DNA of 64,000 nucleotides from Psammoneis japonica. Lineage: Eukaryota. The position numbers were made by a program, and so were the translations under genes. Within the stretch, counting starts at the first letter, position 1. Each line of letters opens with the position of its first letter. The DNA lies in the NCBI GenBank assembly GCA_008632985.1, contig QPGO01000050.1, positions 1 through 64,000 of the forward strand, read 5' to 3'. Shown here one piece after another: positions 12,241-24,738 of this stretch. A model generated the notes under the pieces. The model was given only the letters and a program-made list of their open reading frames with translations. It had not been told where the DNA came from and did not search any database.

Positions 12241-12761
12241 TTTGAAAGAGGCGCAGCTACGGTAGTTTGGATGCAAGGTGTGCAAGCTGAATGCTCTATG
12301 CTGTGAGCTGTGAGTGATGGAGGTGTCACTGGTGATGTCAAAAGTGCGTGTTATTGCGTTCGTTCGCTGGTATGACGATGGAGACGGAGGGCAGATGGAT
12401 GGACGAGTGATCAGTCTGTCTTTGAAATGAGATGCTGATGACCAAAAAGCTGCTCCGTTCTTGTCGTCACCACCAAAATACTGTTGGTGGCGTTTTCAAC
12501 CAGTTGCGCATGACTGCTTCGTGATGAATTCATATATCTCTACGTGTGACGTCGGAGGCAATTCAGTCCCGCGAGAATTGCTTACGTGGTGTTGGTTGTC
12601 GACCTCTGTCCACGCAGGCGCATTCAAAAGATCAAGGAGGTGTTGTTGGGCTCTTCATTAGCTTGTCACTTGTCACAATATTCGAACGAAAACAGTTGAG
12701 TGGAGCTGAGCTCATCATAGCGATTCCCGTATCGACGCATTTTCCCTTACACCAACGCAAA

Positions 12762-14581
12762 ATGCCTCCGCGAAGCAGTAATGCAGTAATGGAGGAGAAC
12801 ACGATGAGGCGATCTGGATCCGAGTCCGATTTCAGCGTTGCCCCTGATGGTCCCAGCGAATACCGAGTTCGGAGATCCAATCTCATCGGGTAAGTCTCGA
12901 CACTTTGCGCCTAATGCGCGAATAACCTTGGCTCACATCTTGTTCCTTTCTCGATTCATTGCAGCATGGTGAACTGGTCTCATGTATTCTTAACACACGC
13001 CCCGACTCTCATGATTCTGGGAATTGTTGTGTTGCTGGCCCAGATTGTCATCAGGTCGTTACCGACCTTAGTAGTCAGGTGCCACACGAAGCAGCTCCGG
13101 GAGATCTTTCGTTTTCCTTGGAAACCATCGCTGCCGTGTTTGTTGCTGTAAAGGATTTGTTCCTAGGCATATTCCACAGCATTGTTGATAGCCATGGACT
13201 TTCACTCTATCACCGCAGTGAAGACGACTGCGATTTTTCTATTATCGGTGCGTGGTTGATCCGCATGGACAATCCCGTCTATCTTCTTTCCTTTTCAACC
13301 TTCAAGGCTCCCGACTCCTGGAAAGTCTCTCATGCGCAGATTATGGAAATGATGAAGAGCAGGAGTGTTTCACAGATCAAAGTTTGGATTTCATGTCCCG
13401 CATCTTGGAACGATCTGGTACCGGTCAAGCTACTGCATGGCCTCCAGGTATCGTGAAGTGTTTACGAGGTGAGAAAACAGATCGCTCCATCGAAGGAAGT
13501 CGCGAGGAGGCCGAAACTGTTATCTTTGATATCGTGGAAGATGCCCTACGAAAGGCAAAGGTTCATCCCAAGGAAATTGACGTTCTAGTCATCAACTGCT
13601 CACTGTTTTCACCAACACCATCTCTCTGTGCAATGGTGATTTCGAAATTTGGTCTGCGGAGCGATGTTGCCAGCTACAACCTGTCTGGCATGGGTTGCAG
13701 TGCCTCCTTGATCAGTGTTGGCTTGGCCAAGGATTTGTTGCAACGACGTCAATTTGGTGGCAAAGCCCTTGTCGTGTCAACAGAAATTATTACACCCAAC
13801 CTCTACCACGGAAACGACCGAGGCTTCTTGATTCAGAACACTCTCTTCCGATGTGGAGGTGCTGCGATGGTCTTGTCGAACAAGTGGTCCGACGGACGTC
13901 GCGCCTGGTACAAGTTGCTTCACACGGTTCGAGTGCAAGGTACTGGTTCGGATGCCTACCATTGCGTGTACGAAACAGAAGATGAAGAAGGTGAACGTGG
14001 AGTTCGCCTTTCCAAAGATATTGTTAAAGTTGCTGGTAAATGTATGGAAAAGAACATGACAACGTTAGGACCGTACGTCCTCCTCTGAGCGAGCAGATTC
14101 CTGTGGGATTGAAGTTAGTGGCTCGCCTTGCGGTCAAAACATTGAAAAACATTCTTAAATCCTGCGGAAAAGAAAAGCTCGCCATGAAGCTCCCGGTGAT
14201 CAAACACTACGTCCCTGACTTCAAGCGCGGAATCGACCACTTTTGTATTCATGCTGGTGGAAGAGCTGTCATTGATGGTACGTTGATTCATCGCGTCATT
14301 CTATCTACGTCTTTTCAACATATTGGTTGTCTTACACCTCGTCGATTCTCGTATTGTTCACAGGTATTGAAAAGAACATGAAGTTGGAATTGTACCACAC
14401 TGAACCGTCACGGATGGCGTTGTTGAACTACGGCAATACTAGTTCGTCTTCGATTTGGTACGAGCTAGAGTACATTCAAGAGCACCAAAAGAGCAACCCA
14501 CTGAAGAAGGGCGACCGTGTCATGCAGGTTGCGTTTGGCTCCGGTTTCAAATGCACGTCGGGGGTCTGGCTCAAACTATAG
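12762..14581 (+). CDS. 3-ketoacyl-CoA synthase (FAE1/KCS very-long-chain fatty acid elongase)
   Basis: Motifs '[17 protein letters not shown]', catalytic 'NLSGMGCSA', '[10 protein letters not shown]', '[13 protein letters not shown]', '[13 protein letters not shown]', '[10 protein letters not shown]'. GT-AG introns at ~12890-12964 and ~14278-14364. Apparent 1-bp frameshifts near 13045, 13370 and 14084 are likely consensus errors. Confidence 0.9.
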
Positions 14582-14802
14582 ATAGGTTTCAACAAGCAAC
14601 TACGGAACATACACTTCTCTAGAGAATACGCGTAAAACTAATGCATCAGTTTCATATAGAGAATCGTAGTCATTTCATATTATCATTGCATTTGAGACAC
14701 TAATTGTCAAAGTCCTCTGCGGTCCCGAAAACGTCTCGAATGGTGATGAGTGTCAAACCCGACAGAAGTAATTCACGACCGATGATGTGTGCGTATCTCA
14801 AT

Positions 14803-16430
14803 TTATCGCACCCAATCCTCGCGAAGGACGGGCATGTAAAAGGCAGGTCCACGGCACCAATCAAGCCCTTCCAATTCAGCCGCAACCTCCTTGACAGAAG
14901 ACAGAGGCACCTTTTCGGTAATGAGGACAAATGCAGCATTGTCTGTCTTTGTGACTGGGTTTTGCAGAATAGAATGGATGGATACGCCATGCTTTTCGCA
15001 GACTTCACCACACATCCTAGTGATACCAAGCGCATCCCTGTACTTTAAACGAATGTAGAAGACAGAATCGTAATTGTTGACAAACTTCATGTCCGACTCT
15101 GGATTGAAAGGGAGCGGTGTCTTGTCGCCCTTGGCTAGCGCAACAATATCATTGATACAGCTGTTTGCAGTAGGGTATCGACCAGCACCCTGGCCAATAT
15201 AGGTGGACGATTGCAGGTTGAAGGAATCCACCTCAACCGCGTTGGTTGCACCATTGACATTGGCGAGAATCTCATCGGACGGAACATAGCATGGCGACAC
15301 AAAGGCAGCAACACGGTTGTTCTCCAACACCTTAGACACACCAAGTAGCTTGATGGTCCCGCCCATCATTTTAGCATACTCGAAATCCAATTTGGTAAGA
15401 TCGGTAATACCACGGCAACTGATTTCGTCCTCTTCCGCTTCCACACCATAGGCCAGCCGCATGAGGATACGAAGTTTGGAGCGCGCATCAAAGCCTCCGA
15501 CATCCAGGGTGGGATCCGCCTCGGCGTAGCCCAGACGAGCGGCTTCATCAAGTGCTTCTTGATACGAGTTTCCTTGCTGGTCCATGGCAGTCAACATAAA
15601 GTTGGTGCAACCATTGATGATTCCTGAAATCATGGAAATGTCGTCTCCTACAAAGTCACTCTGCATCGATCGAATGACGGGAATACCACCACACACGGCA
15701 GCCTCGTAGCGAAACTCGACTTCGCCGTTCGACTTGTCGCCGTTAACTTCTCGTAGAAGTTCTTCAATTTCAGGCAAGTGCTACGAGAAGAAAAGGGTGG
15801 GGAAGGGTGAGATTGAAATAGGAGGAGTAGCAGCAAGTTGTACTCGAGTCAACACGAAGAGGTTCTAGAGTTGCACATACCTTTGCAATAAGTGCCTTGT
15901 TAGCAGTCACCACGTCTTTTCCCTTTTTGAGCGCAGCATACACGACATCCTTCGCATCGGTTGTTCCACCCATGACTTCACAATCATGTCAATGTCGTCA
16001 TCATTCAAAATATCATCATAATCCGTGACAATTTCACATCCCTCGGGTGTCGTCCAGTCTCGTTCCTTGGAGGCATCCCGGACACAGACCTTGTTAACCT
16101 TGAGTGTACGTCCCGCCAATGAGTGAAAGTAATCGTTCTTCTTTTCAATAATGTCTACAATTCCACCTCCGACGGTTCCTCCTCCAAAGATACCCAAGCG
16201 AACGACTTCCTCGTCGGAACCAGACATTTTGAGCAGAGTGTTGGACTAGAGTAGTGATTTCAGGCACAGACAAGGTCAGAGATGCATTGAAAAAGGCGAG
16301 ATGACAGAGCTTATGAATCACTTGTTTTGCTCACCTTGGGTGCAACCGCTGGCGACGTGAATGCCAAGCATACCGTTGATGATGTGGTCGTTAGCAAAAG
16401 CGTACAGGCGGAAAAGAAAAGGCGGTTCAT
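14803..16430 (-). CDS. Homoserine dehydrogenase with C-terminal ACT domain, plastid-targeted
   Basis: Presequence 'MNRLFFS...CLAF', Rossmann 'GIFGGGTVGGG', 'VVTANKAL', 'YEAAVCGGIP', 'GYAEADPTLDVGGFDARSK', 'GQGAGRYPTA'. Introns at ~16246-16334 and ~15781-15880. One 1-bp frameshift near 15978. Confidence 0.92.
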
Positions 16431-17083
16431 GGTTGAAGAACTACTGCAAGTATGAATGTTGTCCTTCTTCCTTGATTCAAAATGAAATTGCAAGGTTTGC
16501 AGCCCTTACGGTTCTCGTTGGCAGCAACAAGAAGGTCTCTTTTACAATCACACAAATCTTTTTGTGTTGTCATCCATCGCGAACCTGATCATCGAGAGGC
16601 GCACGTTGAAGATCAACAAGGTGCGCGATTTTCGCGCGATCTGAAAGATTTGCCGGGCGTTCACCCGCCCAACGGCTTTCTGAACTTTGAACGATAGTAA
16701 ATGCTTAATGAAAATATTCAGGTCTGAACCATCTATTTACGTAGATTTCTACAGACTTTTACAGTACTTAGACGTGGGTCACTCACGAACAAAAAAGACC
16801 TTTACGGTCGCGTCGGAACAACGCTGGCGGCGGCGGTGGAGAAGCAGCAACAACTTTCAGTTGCTTGCTTATACGAACAGCGTCACCTCCCTGCTTTTGT
16901 TTAGGGCCTCTATATCGTCTCTGAATACATTGTTCTTGTGCAAGAAGAAGAAAAGCGACTTGATTGGGGTTGAATTCGTCACGACAATTTTTTTCTCTGC
17001 GCGTACGGTATTTTTCTGAGGCAGCGTCATTGTTTGGAACATACGCCACTGTACCTACTCTTCCTGCATCAGCCACTGAGATC

Positions 17084-19932
17084 ATGGCAGATCCACCTAT
17101 AGGTAATGGATCAGTCGAGAGCAATGCGAGCTTGGCCATGATGCTTCGAGAATGTGCCGATGCGATTGAACGAAACGAGTTGAGTCCCGTTGTTTATCAA
17201 ACGTGGGGAGCTCTTCATGCGTTTGTCAAGCAAAATGGCGGCGGAACCCAGTCGCGTGTCACCAAGACCACCACCAGACACATTCCAGCAACGCCACAGC
17301 CAGAATCGACTCCAGACACGTCAGCAGACAATGTCTTTTCAGCAGAGGCATCGGCTGATTTTGCTGAAGATAAACCGTTTGATGAAAGCAGTCCACCTCG
17401 GCAGACGACTCACTCATCTGAAAGCAACGACGCTACCAGTACAAATCACTTGGGAAGCAAGAGTAAGGACGTTTTTAGTAATTTAGGGGGCTTTTCGAAA
17501 AAGCTTGGAAAGCAGTTTGGCCTGCACCCGACGAAGCATCCTGCTTCGGAGTCTCAGAAACAAGCCACCTCGAAAAAGAATTCGGAACGATTCAAGGCTG
17601 ATTTGGCATCAGAAGTGGCAAGCGCAGCTGCCGACGAGTCAACAGACGCGGCTTCTGTTAAGAAACCATCTTCGTCAGACACCTTCCGAACGTCAGCGTC
17701 CACTACGAGCGGACCTTCAGCCACCAACAAGAAGAAGCCCTCCTTTCATCGGCCAACCAATCCCAATACAACCTTGATCGCCAATGGATGGGTGGAACAA
17801 CAACGCCGTTCCAAAATGAGATTCGCATGGAAGGAAGTATTGGCGAGTCTGGTCGAGGGCAGAACTCCACAAGAAGAAACGACTCTATGGATTCAACGAC
17901 AAATCACCAATGCACAGGGCAAGCCCGAACTGGAAGCGCTGCATCAAATTCCCATGAAGTGGTTGGAGTCGGTCGCGTTTGTGGACTTTTCGGCGGACAA
18001 TCGGTTTACTGTCAAGGTCTTTAACCTTGCCGAAGAATTTCAATTTCGTTGTGCGGATGCCGAAAGCGCTCAAAACTGGGTAATCACACTTCGTTCGGTC
18101 AGTGATATCGTCAAGAAGCAAAAGCCCGGCCAGCATGATGGCAATATTCGAGAGGTTGTGGGTAATCTCAATGATTGGGGAGAAGGTAGCACGGTTTCGA
18201 ACAGTCATACAGAACGATCAAGTCATCGCATGACCGTCAAGGAACTCCAAGCGATTGCTCATGGGGCTGGTTACAATACCAGCGGTATGGAACGAGCAGA
18301 GTTGGAGCGTCTCGTGACCAGTATCGCCATGCAAAGGACACCTTCGGTCGATGTGGAGGCAGAGCAACGACACAAACAAGAACAGGAACGGCACAGGTTG
18401 CAACAAGAGGAAGAGAGACGCAAACAACAAGAGGAGGAGCAGTCAGGAGGCAACCGCAGGATCCAGAACCGTCGCGTCCTAGGAGACCTATTTCCGAATT
18501 GCAGTCCATTGCTCATGCGGCGGGGTACAGTACAAGTGGTATGGAAAGAACCGAATTAGAAAGATTGGTAGCATCACTATCGGTGGACGAAACCGATACT
18601 TCGCCGCAACATCGACCTGATCCCGAGCCGTCTCATCCTCGAAAAACGATTTCAGAGTTGCAGGCAATCGCTCACGGTGCAGGCTACAACACGAGCGGAA
18701 TGGAGCGAGCCGAATTGGAGAGATTAGTAGCAAAGATCGATGCTGACGAAGCGAATCTTCAAAAACAAAAGGATGCTGCACTCGAGGCTCAACGACGTCG
18801 TCAACAACATCAAGAAGATATGCACCGAAAGCAGGAAGAGGAACGACAACGACGTGCGGCATTGGAAGCGGATCAAAAGAGAAGACAGGCGGAGGAGGAG
18901 CGACAAAGACGGGCGGCGTTGGAAGCAGAGCAACAGAGAAGACAAGCGGAAGAGGAGAGGAGGCGAGCAGCGGAGGCCGAGGATCGCAAGAGGCAAGAAG
19001 AACAGCGTAGATTGTTGGAGGAACACCAGAAGCGACAGGCTGCCGCCGCCGCCGCCGCAGCAGAGCAACAACGGAGACAGGAGGAAGAAATGAGAAGGAG
19101 GGTTGCAGAACAACAAGCTGCTGTCGAGAGACGTCAGAAAGAACAGGCGGAGGAACAACGAAAGAGACAAGAGTGGCAGAGAAGTCAATGGCAGGCACAG
19201 CAGGCCGCACAAGCAGCACAGCAACGTGCGGAATGGGAAAAGAAATGGCAGGAACAACAACGACAGCAGCAACAACAGTATGCGCAGCCCCAACCTGCAT
19301 ATCAGGGACAGCCACGACCAACACAGCAGCAACCACCGCCGTTCAACGCTGCACCGCCACCGCAGAACAAGGGTTATCGCCCGCCACCGCCTCAGGCACC
19401 TGGATACAAGCCTCCTCCCCCGCCTTCGGGTGGATACAATCCTCCACCAGCACCGCCACCTCCACCACAAAATCATCCTGCATCGCCAGCCGATATGAAG
19501 TACGCGAAAATGGCGGACCAATCAGATGATACCACGCAAGCCGCAATCACCAACATTAAGAGAAACCTCTTGTTGAATTGGGCCTTACAACCTCCCATGA
19601 ATCAGATACTTCGTCCAATTGATGCCTTGATTACTACCATTCATACCGTCTTTCCTCCGGCATTCGGGGTGGCTGGTCACGAGTACTTTAAAAAGTGGAC
19701 ACCTATTGCAAGGGACTCAATTGTTACCGGTCCGGCCATGGGAGGAGCTCCCGACGATGCCAAGTTGAAAAAGGCGGTTCGGAAACTCCGGTTCTTCTTG
19801 CATCCAGACAAGCTTCCCCGTGATCTCAATGACGAGCAATCGTTCATGTGTAAAATGCTTTGGGATGTGATTTCGGACGCGTGGGAGGAATTTCACAAGA
19901 AGAATGAAGAGTTGGGGTGGATTCATAACTGA
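17084..19932 (+). CDS. Auxilin-like protein: PH domain + 3 helical (SAP/HeH-like) repeats + coiled coil + Pro-rich linker + C-terminal J domain
   Basis: PH-like 'IANGWVEQQRRSKMRFAWK...FQFRCADAESAQNWVITLR'; three 'ELQxIAHxAGYxTSGMERxELERLV' repeats; J domain 'LKKAVRKLRFFLHPDKL...LWDVISDAWEEF'. One frameshift near 18440 joins ORFs 16964-18559 and 18499-19932. Confidence 0.8.
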
Positions 19933-20648
19933 GCGACACGCCTGAAGCAGTGCGGTTGTTCATACCGGTATGGTTGATACTGGTGAGATTTCTTATGTAC
20001 GTACGCTCTGCTAGAAAGTAGCAAAGCTCGACAATGTATCCAGGGTAGCAATCGAACTAGAGTCCAATTGCCTGTATTTCGCGAACCATCATCCAAGCTA
20101 CTGAAAAAACCTTATGCGCATCTACAGGCTTCCTCCACTCTTTAGTGTATGCTCATTCCTACTCTCTAGAGTAGATATTAGACGAGACAAAGAGATTCAA
20201 GACGTTTCGACGGGGAGGAAATTATGGTTACGATTCGTGTGCGTCGAAATATTCAAAGCAACCACGGCACAAGCATGACAGAGGAGGCTCAACGTATCGC
20301 ATCCACTCTGGAGGGAATGAACGTGACGCAAATTCGCCGCCACGCCAGGAAAAAAGCTAACACTCAGGAAAGAAGCCAGGCCGATTCTCTATGAAGACTA
20401 CAACTCGAACGACGAGAGTGACGAGTCGGCGACGTTTCCCACTATGAAGAAATCTATGCCATCTTTGTCAACACCGGTTCCTTGCGGACGAAAGACAATC
20501 TCTAACTTCAAATGACGAGAATGAAACGCGAGTCGCAAAAGTTCAAAGCTTCGGCACACTAATTCATTTATAGTCTGAAAAGGAATAGACAGTGCTTTTG
20601 ACAATGACAAGGATTGCCACAGTTTTTTTTAATTTCTGGAGAGCCTTC

Positions 20649-20981
20649 TGAATTCTATGATGATTCGGTGAGTTGGTCGGGACTTGCTGGTTCTTCACTT
20701 GGTTGCCCCACCATGGCGGATCAAGACATGGCACATGCCTCTGGTTAGACAGTGGAATTCTTCCGCTTGACTTCTCCTCCACAATGATGCAAAATCACAT
20801 TGAACTCTGTGACTTGGTGAGTTGGTCGTGACCTGCTGGTTCTTCAGTTGGTTGCCCCACCACAATGAACCCTGACATGGTGTGTACCTCTGATTGGGCT
20901 GCAGAGTTTCCCCCCTTGACAAATCAAATTGAACCCCATGACTCAGTGCATTGGTTGCAACCTGCTGGGTTCTTCAGCTGG
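20649..20981 (+). repeat. Three degenerate ~130-150-bp direct repeats
   Basis: The core 'gttggtcg..ac.tgctggttcttca.ttgg' occurs in copies beginning near 20649, 20801 and 20930; the third copy is partial. Confidence 0.8.
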
Positions 20982-21946
20982 CAAATGCCTCTGACTGGTC
21001 AGATGGCAGAGTTCTTTGCTGCTGGAACTGTGCAAGTGTGCCTCTTTGTGCAGATCATTTTGCAGCAGCCCATTGGCCCTTTTTGAATCTTTGCTTCACA
21101 AGCAAAAGACCACAAAATGAACCTGCCAGAGTCTTTGCCATTGCACGCCAACAAAGAAAAGGCTTTTCTTGTCCTTGAGAACTCATCAAGAAACTTGCCA
21201 TTCTTGTGCCTCTTCTTCTTCTTCTTCTTCTTCTTGCTCTTGTGACACAAATGCCTCACCACCACTTTTTTCCTCATTGAGCAATCTGCCCCAAGTTCTT
21301 GAAAGGTCATCTGAGTTCACTTTGTGAACTTGTTCTGTGAGATTTCAAATTGTCTCCACTGACTCGTGATTGACACATGTTCCCCTGGTGCAAAAATTGT
21401 CTTTTGCCCACAGAGCTCAAGTGCTTGGCTCTGGCAGCTGTTTCTTTTTCTCCTTTCTGATTTTTTGGCTCATCTTTTTGAGCAGAGCTGGCATTGCTTT
21501 CTTTCATTGGTGCTGCTCCACTCAATTTTTTGCAGAACTGTGAACTCTCAACATCTGCTTTTGCTTTCCAAGCAATTGCCAGTCTTTCTTTCTGCCTGGC
21601 CAGGAGAGCAAGGTCCTCAAGTGTGCTGCTCCTTTTTTGTTGTGGTTGGCTCTGACTTGTGAAGAACATCATTGAATTTTGTTTCCAAAAAAAGAAAATG
21701 TGGTGAAGGAAATGGCATGGTGCTCTGGTTTGTCCCATGCGCAACAACAAAAAGTTGATGCTTGCAAACATTTTTTCAACCAGGGCTCTGTTGACATCAA
21801 ACACAACAAATGCAAAAGGAAACATCATCTGTGATGTGTGCTTTCTTGTGCAACTCTGTTTCTCTGGGAGAACTTTTGCAACTTTCTGACCTTGTCACAA
21901 GGCATCTCTCAACACAAAAAATTTCCACACAGAGGTTTTTGTCTTT

Positions 21947-22448
21947 AACCCTTCAACCACTGGACTTGAGCAAATCTCCGCGGGTGGAGATTTGCTCCTT
22001 TACATCACAAATGCAGCAAAATGAGTGATTTCAGACATGAACAACATTTTGTTCGCGCGATTTTGTTTTGGAACGCGCACTCACCAAAAATCTGGGGGAG
22101 CCCTTTTTGTAATTTAGAAAGTTCAATGTCAACTTTTAACACCGGGTTTTTTGCAAGCTTCATCCATGGACAGAGAGGAACTAAATCTCAACCTGCAACA
22201 ATGCAGGTTGTCATGAATTGCTGTCACAAATGGAGCAATGATGCCACACCCTTGGAGCAAATCTCCGCCGGTGGAGATTTGCTCCCAACAAGTGAATGCA
22301 CGTGGCACACTTTACGTGGATTCTACGCTGCATGACATTTTCATGCTGTGTTCATTGTGTTGTCACAAAAGTGCATGACACATCACAAATCCTCAAGTGG
22401 AGCAAATCTCCACCCATGGAGATTTGCTCCCCTGGTGGTTGAAGGGTC
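21947..22448. repeat. Inverted repeat pair with three GAGCAAATCTCC-N6-GGAGATTTGCTC palindromes (possible transposon end)
   Basis: Palindromes at 21968-21997, ~22254-22285 and ~22399-22430. 'aacccttcaaccac' (21947) is the reverse complement of 'gtggttgaagggtc' (22435-22448) with one mismatch. Confidence 0.8.
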
Positions 22449-22504
22449 AAGAGATGAGAATTTGTGAAGAACAAGATGAGCTGGCAGCTTGGCTTGACAA
22501 TGAA

Positions 22505-22672
22505 GAGGGGCAACAGCTTCAAGATGGAAGAGGACAAGTTCAGCAGAGCAAAACTTTGCAAGGTTGCCCATGATCTGAGAAATGTGAAGAGAGGCAACAG
22601 CTTCAAGTGGATGGCAAGGACAAGTTCAGCAGAGTGACACTTTGCAAGGTTGCCCATGATCTGAGCAATGTG
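22505..22672 (+). repeat. ~85-bp tandem duplication
   Basis: 'ggcaacagcttcaag...aggacaagttcagcagag..a.actttgcaaggttgcccatgatctgag.aatgtg' occurs twice. Confidence 0.85.
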
Positions 22673-24521
22673 CACAACATCTGTGACAGGCTCTTCCCGT
22701 TCATGGCACCTGGTGAAAACAAAGTTGTCTTTGAGAGTCTTGTTGACAAAAGGAGCATCTTGAATCTCTGAAAGGGGCAGAGATGCATGGAGATGGTGAG
22801 CAGTTGTGTGCATTGGTGCACAACAGCAAGTGCCAGCAGAAGTCCATTCCACCATCCACCACATTGACCTTGGGAAGAACTTTTCCCCAGTTGGAGAGAA
22901 CAGTCATTGACCAGTGGATCTTGAGATGCTTTCTGCTGCAAGCATCATGTGGTCCACAGCCAACACATTGGGAGCACTGGGGCCATCGAGTGTCCTCTCC
23001 AGTGCATCCATTTTACATGTTCAGGGGATGCAAGTGGGGGAGAAGCTCCAAAAGGAAAAATGGGTTAAGCCTGAGTGGGATTGGTGCTCACATCAACAAT
23101 GCAAAACCTGTGGGAGACAGCTGCTCACACACAGAATGAATCATGAAAAGAGATGACCTTCAAGCAACCCTCAGCCAGAGCTCACAATGGACAAAAATGA
23201 ACAATGGAAAGGAAAAAATTGAAGTGAAAGACAGAAAGCAACAGTTTCCAACAACTTGAGGAGCTGGCTTTTTCGAGCAGCAAATGGAGCCAGGATGTGT
23301 CCACAGACTTTTAGAACATCATCCATGTCTGAAGTGAAATTGTTCAGCACATTGACCCTTGATGGCATTGGGTTGGCAAAGGCACTCAGAAGCCAAGCAG
23401 CAAAACAGACCACAATGATTGTCTGAGAATGCCTTTTTGACAACAGCCAGATGAAGAGTCAAGACTTGGTCAAAGATCATCACAGACATCCAGACCAAAC
23501 AGGAAAAATGTGGTCAACTGGTTTGGATGACTGATGAGCCACATGAGCTGGACTTGGGGGCTTCATCATTGAAACAACCAGTTTTCAAAAAAGCAACAAC
23601 ACAGGCCATTTCAAACAGCAAAGAGAGCCAGGATCATCATGTGCTTGCAGGACCTTCAGAAAATCATCCACAGTCAGTGCCAGCAGCAAGGTGCCAACCA
23701 TCACAAGATGCCAGAGACTGCAGCTGCATAAAAAAAACAATGAGAAAGTTGTTGAGTTGACAGCCTGATGATTGTGCCACAAACTGGTGCAAAATTGGAC
23801 CAAAGTTGTGCAGAAATGTGTTTGATTTCAGTGCTGAAACATCGACATCTGCAGTGTATGGCTTTGCTCTTGATGGGAAGATCAATCAACAACTCCTTCC
23901 ACCAGCGTCAGTCAGATTGCACTCTCCAGAACCCAATTTGCATTGTCAAGCAGCCCTTGCAATGATGGCCACATTGTTGCTTGATCCCAGCCATTGTTTG
24001 CTCTTCCTGTCGCCATGAATGCTTGTCAACTGACTTGACTTTGGCATCACACCCACAATTTGACAATTTCCAACATCAACCCAGACCACAGCATTGGTCA
24101 ATCTGCACTTCATTGAGTGCCTCTTTGAAGCTGACAATTGGCAACAAATGCACTCTCAAAATTTGTGTGGCATGCAACCAACAAAGCTCAAGAACCTCAC
24201 ATTTCTGACTCACATCCCAGCCAATCATCCCACAAGATCCACTTTTGCTTGAACTTTAGATCAGGACAAAATGATGGAGAACAGATCACCCACTCATCAA
24301 AGTTGTTTCTTGCTTCTAGCAAAGAGAAACTTGTCTCAAAAAGATGCTGCTGCAAATTTCTCCATTCTCCTCAAGACATTTTGCCGCCACAAAACTGCCC
24401 CATGTTTCTCTTGGAACTCCCAGCACATTGCTTTTTGAAGTTTCACTCACCTGCTGCCACTCAGAAATCAAACCTTTGAACAAGTCACTCTGGTGGAGTT
24501 TGGAAATTCGAGGTTGCTGCA

Positions 24522-24738
24522 GTTGGGGACAAGGCAACATGGGGCCACAACACCACAAGATCAACCTTCTCTCACAGTGCTGCCTCCTGCAGGGGTCCAC
24601 CAGAGACCACCAGCACCCTCAGCTTGTTGTTGTTTGTTTGGTTGACAAGTGCCATTGTGGGCCCACCTTTTGCTGTGAAGTTGGGAAGTTCAAGTTTGCA
24701 CCAACCTGTTGGGGACAAGGCAACATGGGGCCACAACA
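24522..24738 (+). repeat. 31-bp exact direct repeat
   Basis: gttggggacaaggcaacatggggccacaaca at 24522-24552 and 24708-24738. Confidence 0.85.

Noticed and set aside
18430..18500. Programmed ribosomal frameshift in the J-domain gene
   Set aside because: There is no slippery heptamer, and similar 1-bp shifts in neighbouring housekeeping genes point to sequencing error.
18488..19546. Long antisense ORFs (282 and 265 aa)
   Set aside because: These are shadows of the low-complexity Q/E/R/P-rich coding strand.
21968..22430. CRISPR array (three ~30-bp palindromic repeats)
   Set aside because: Spacing is irregular (~115-255 bp), orientation is mixed, the context is eukaryotic and no cas genes are present.
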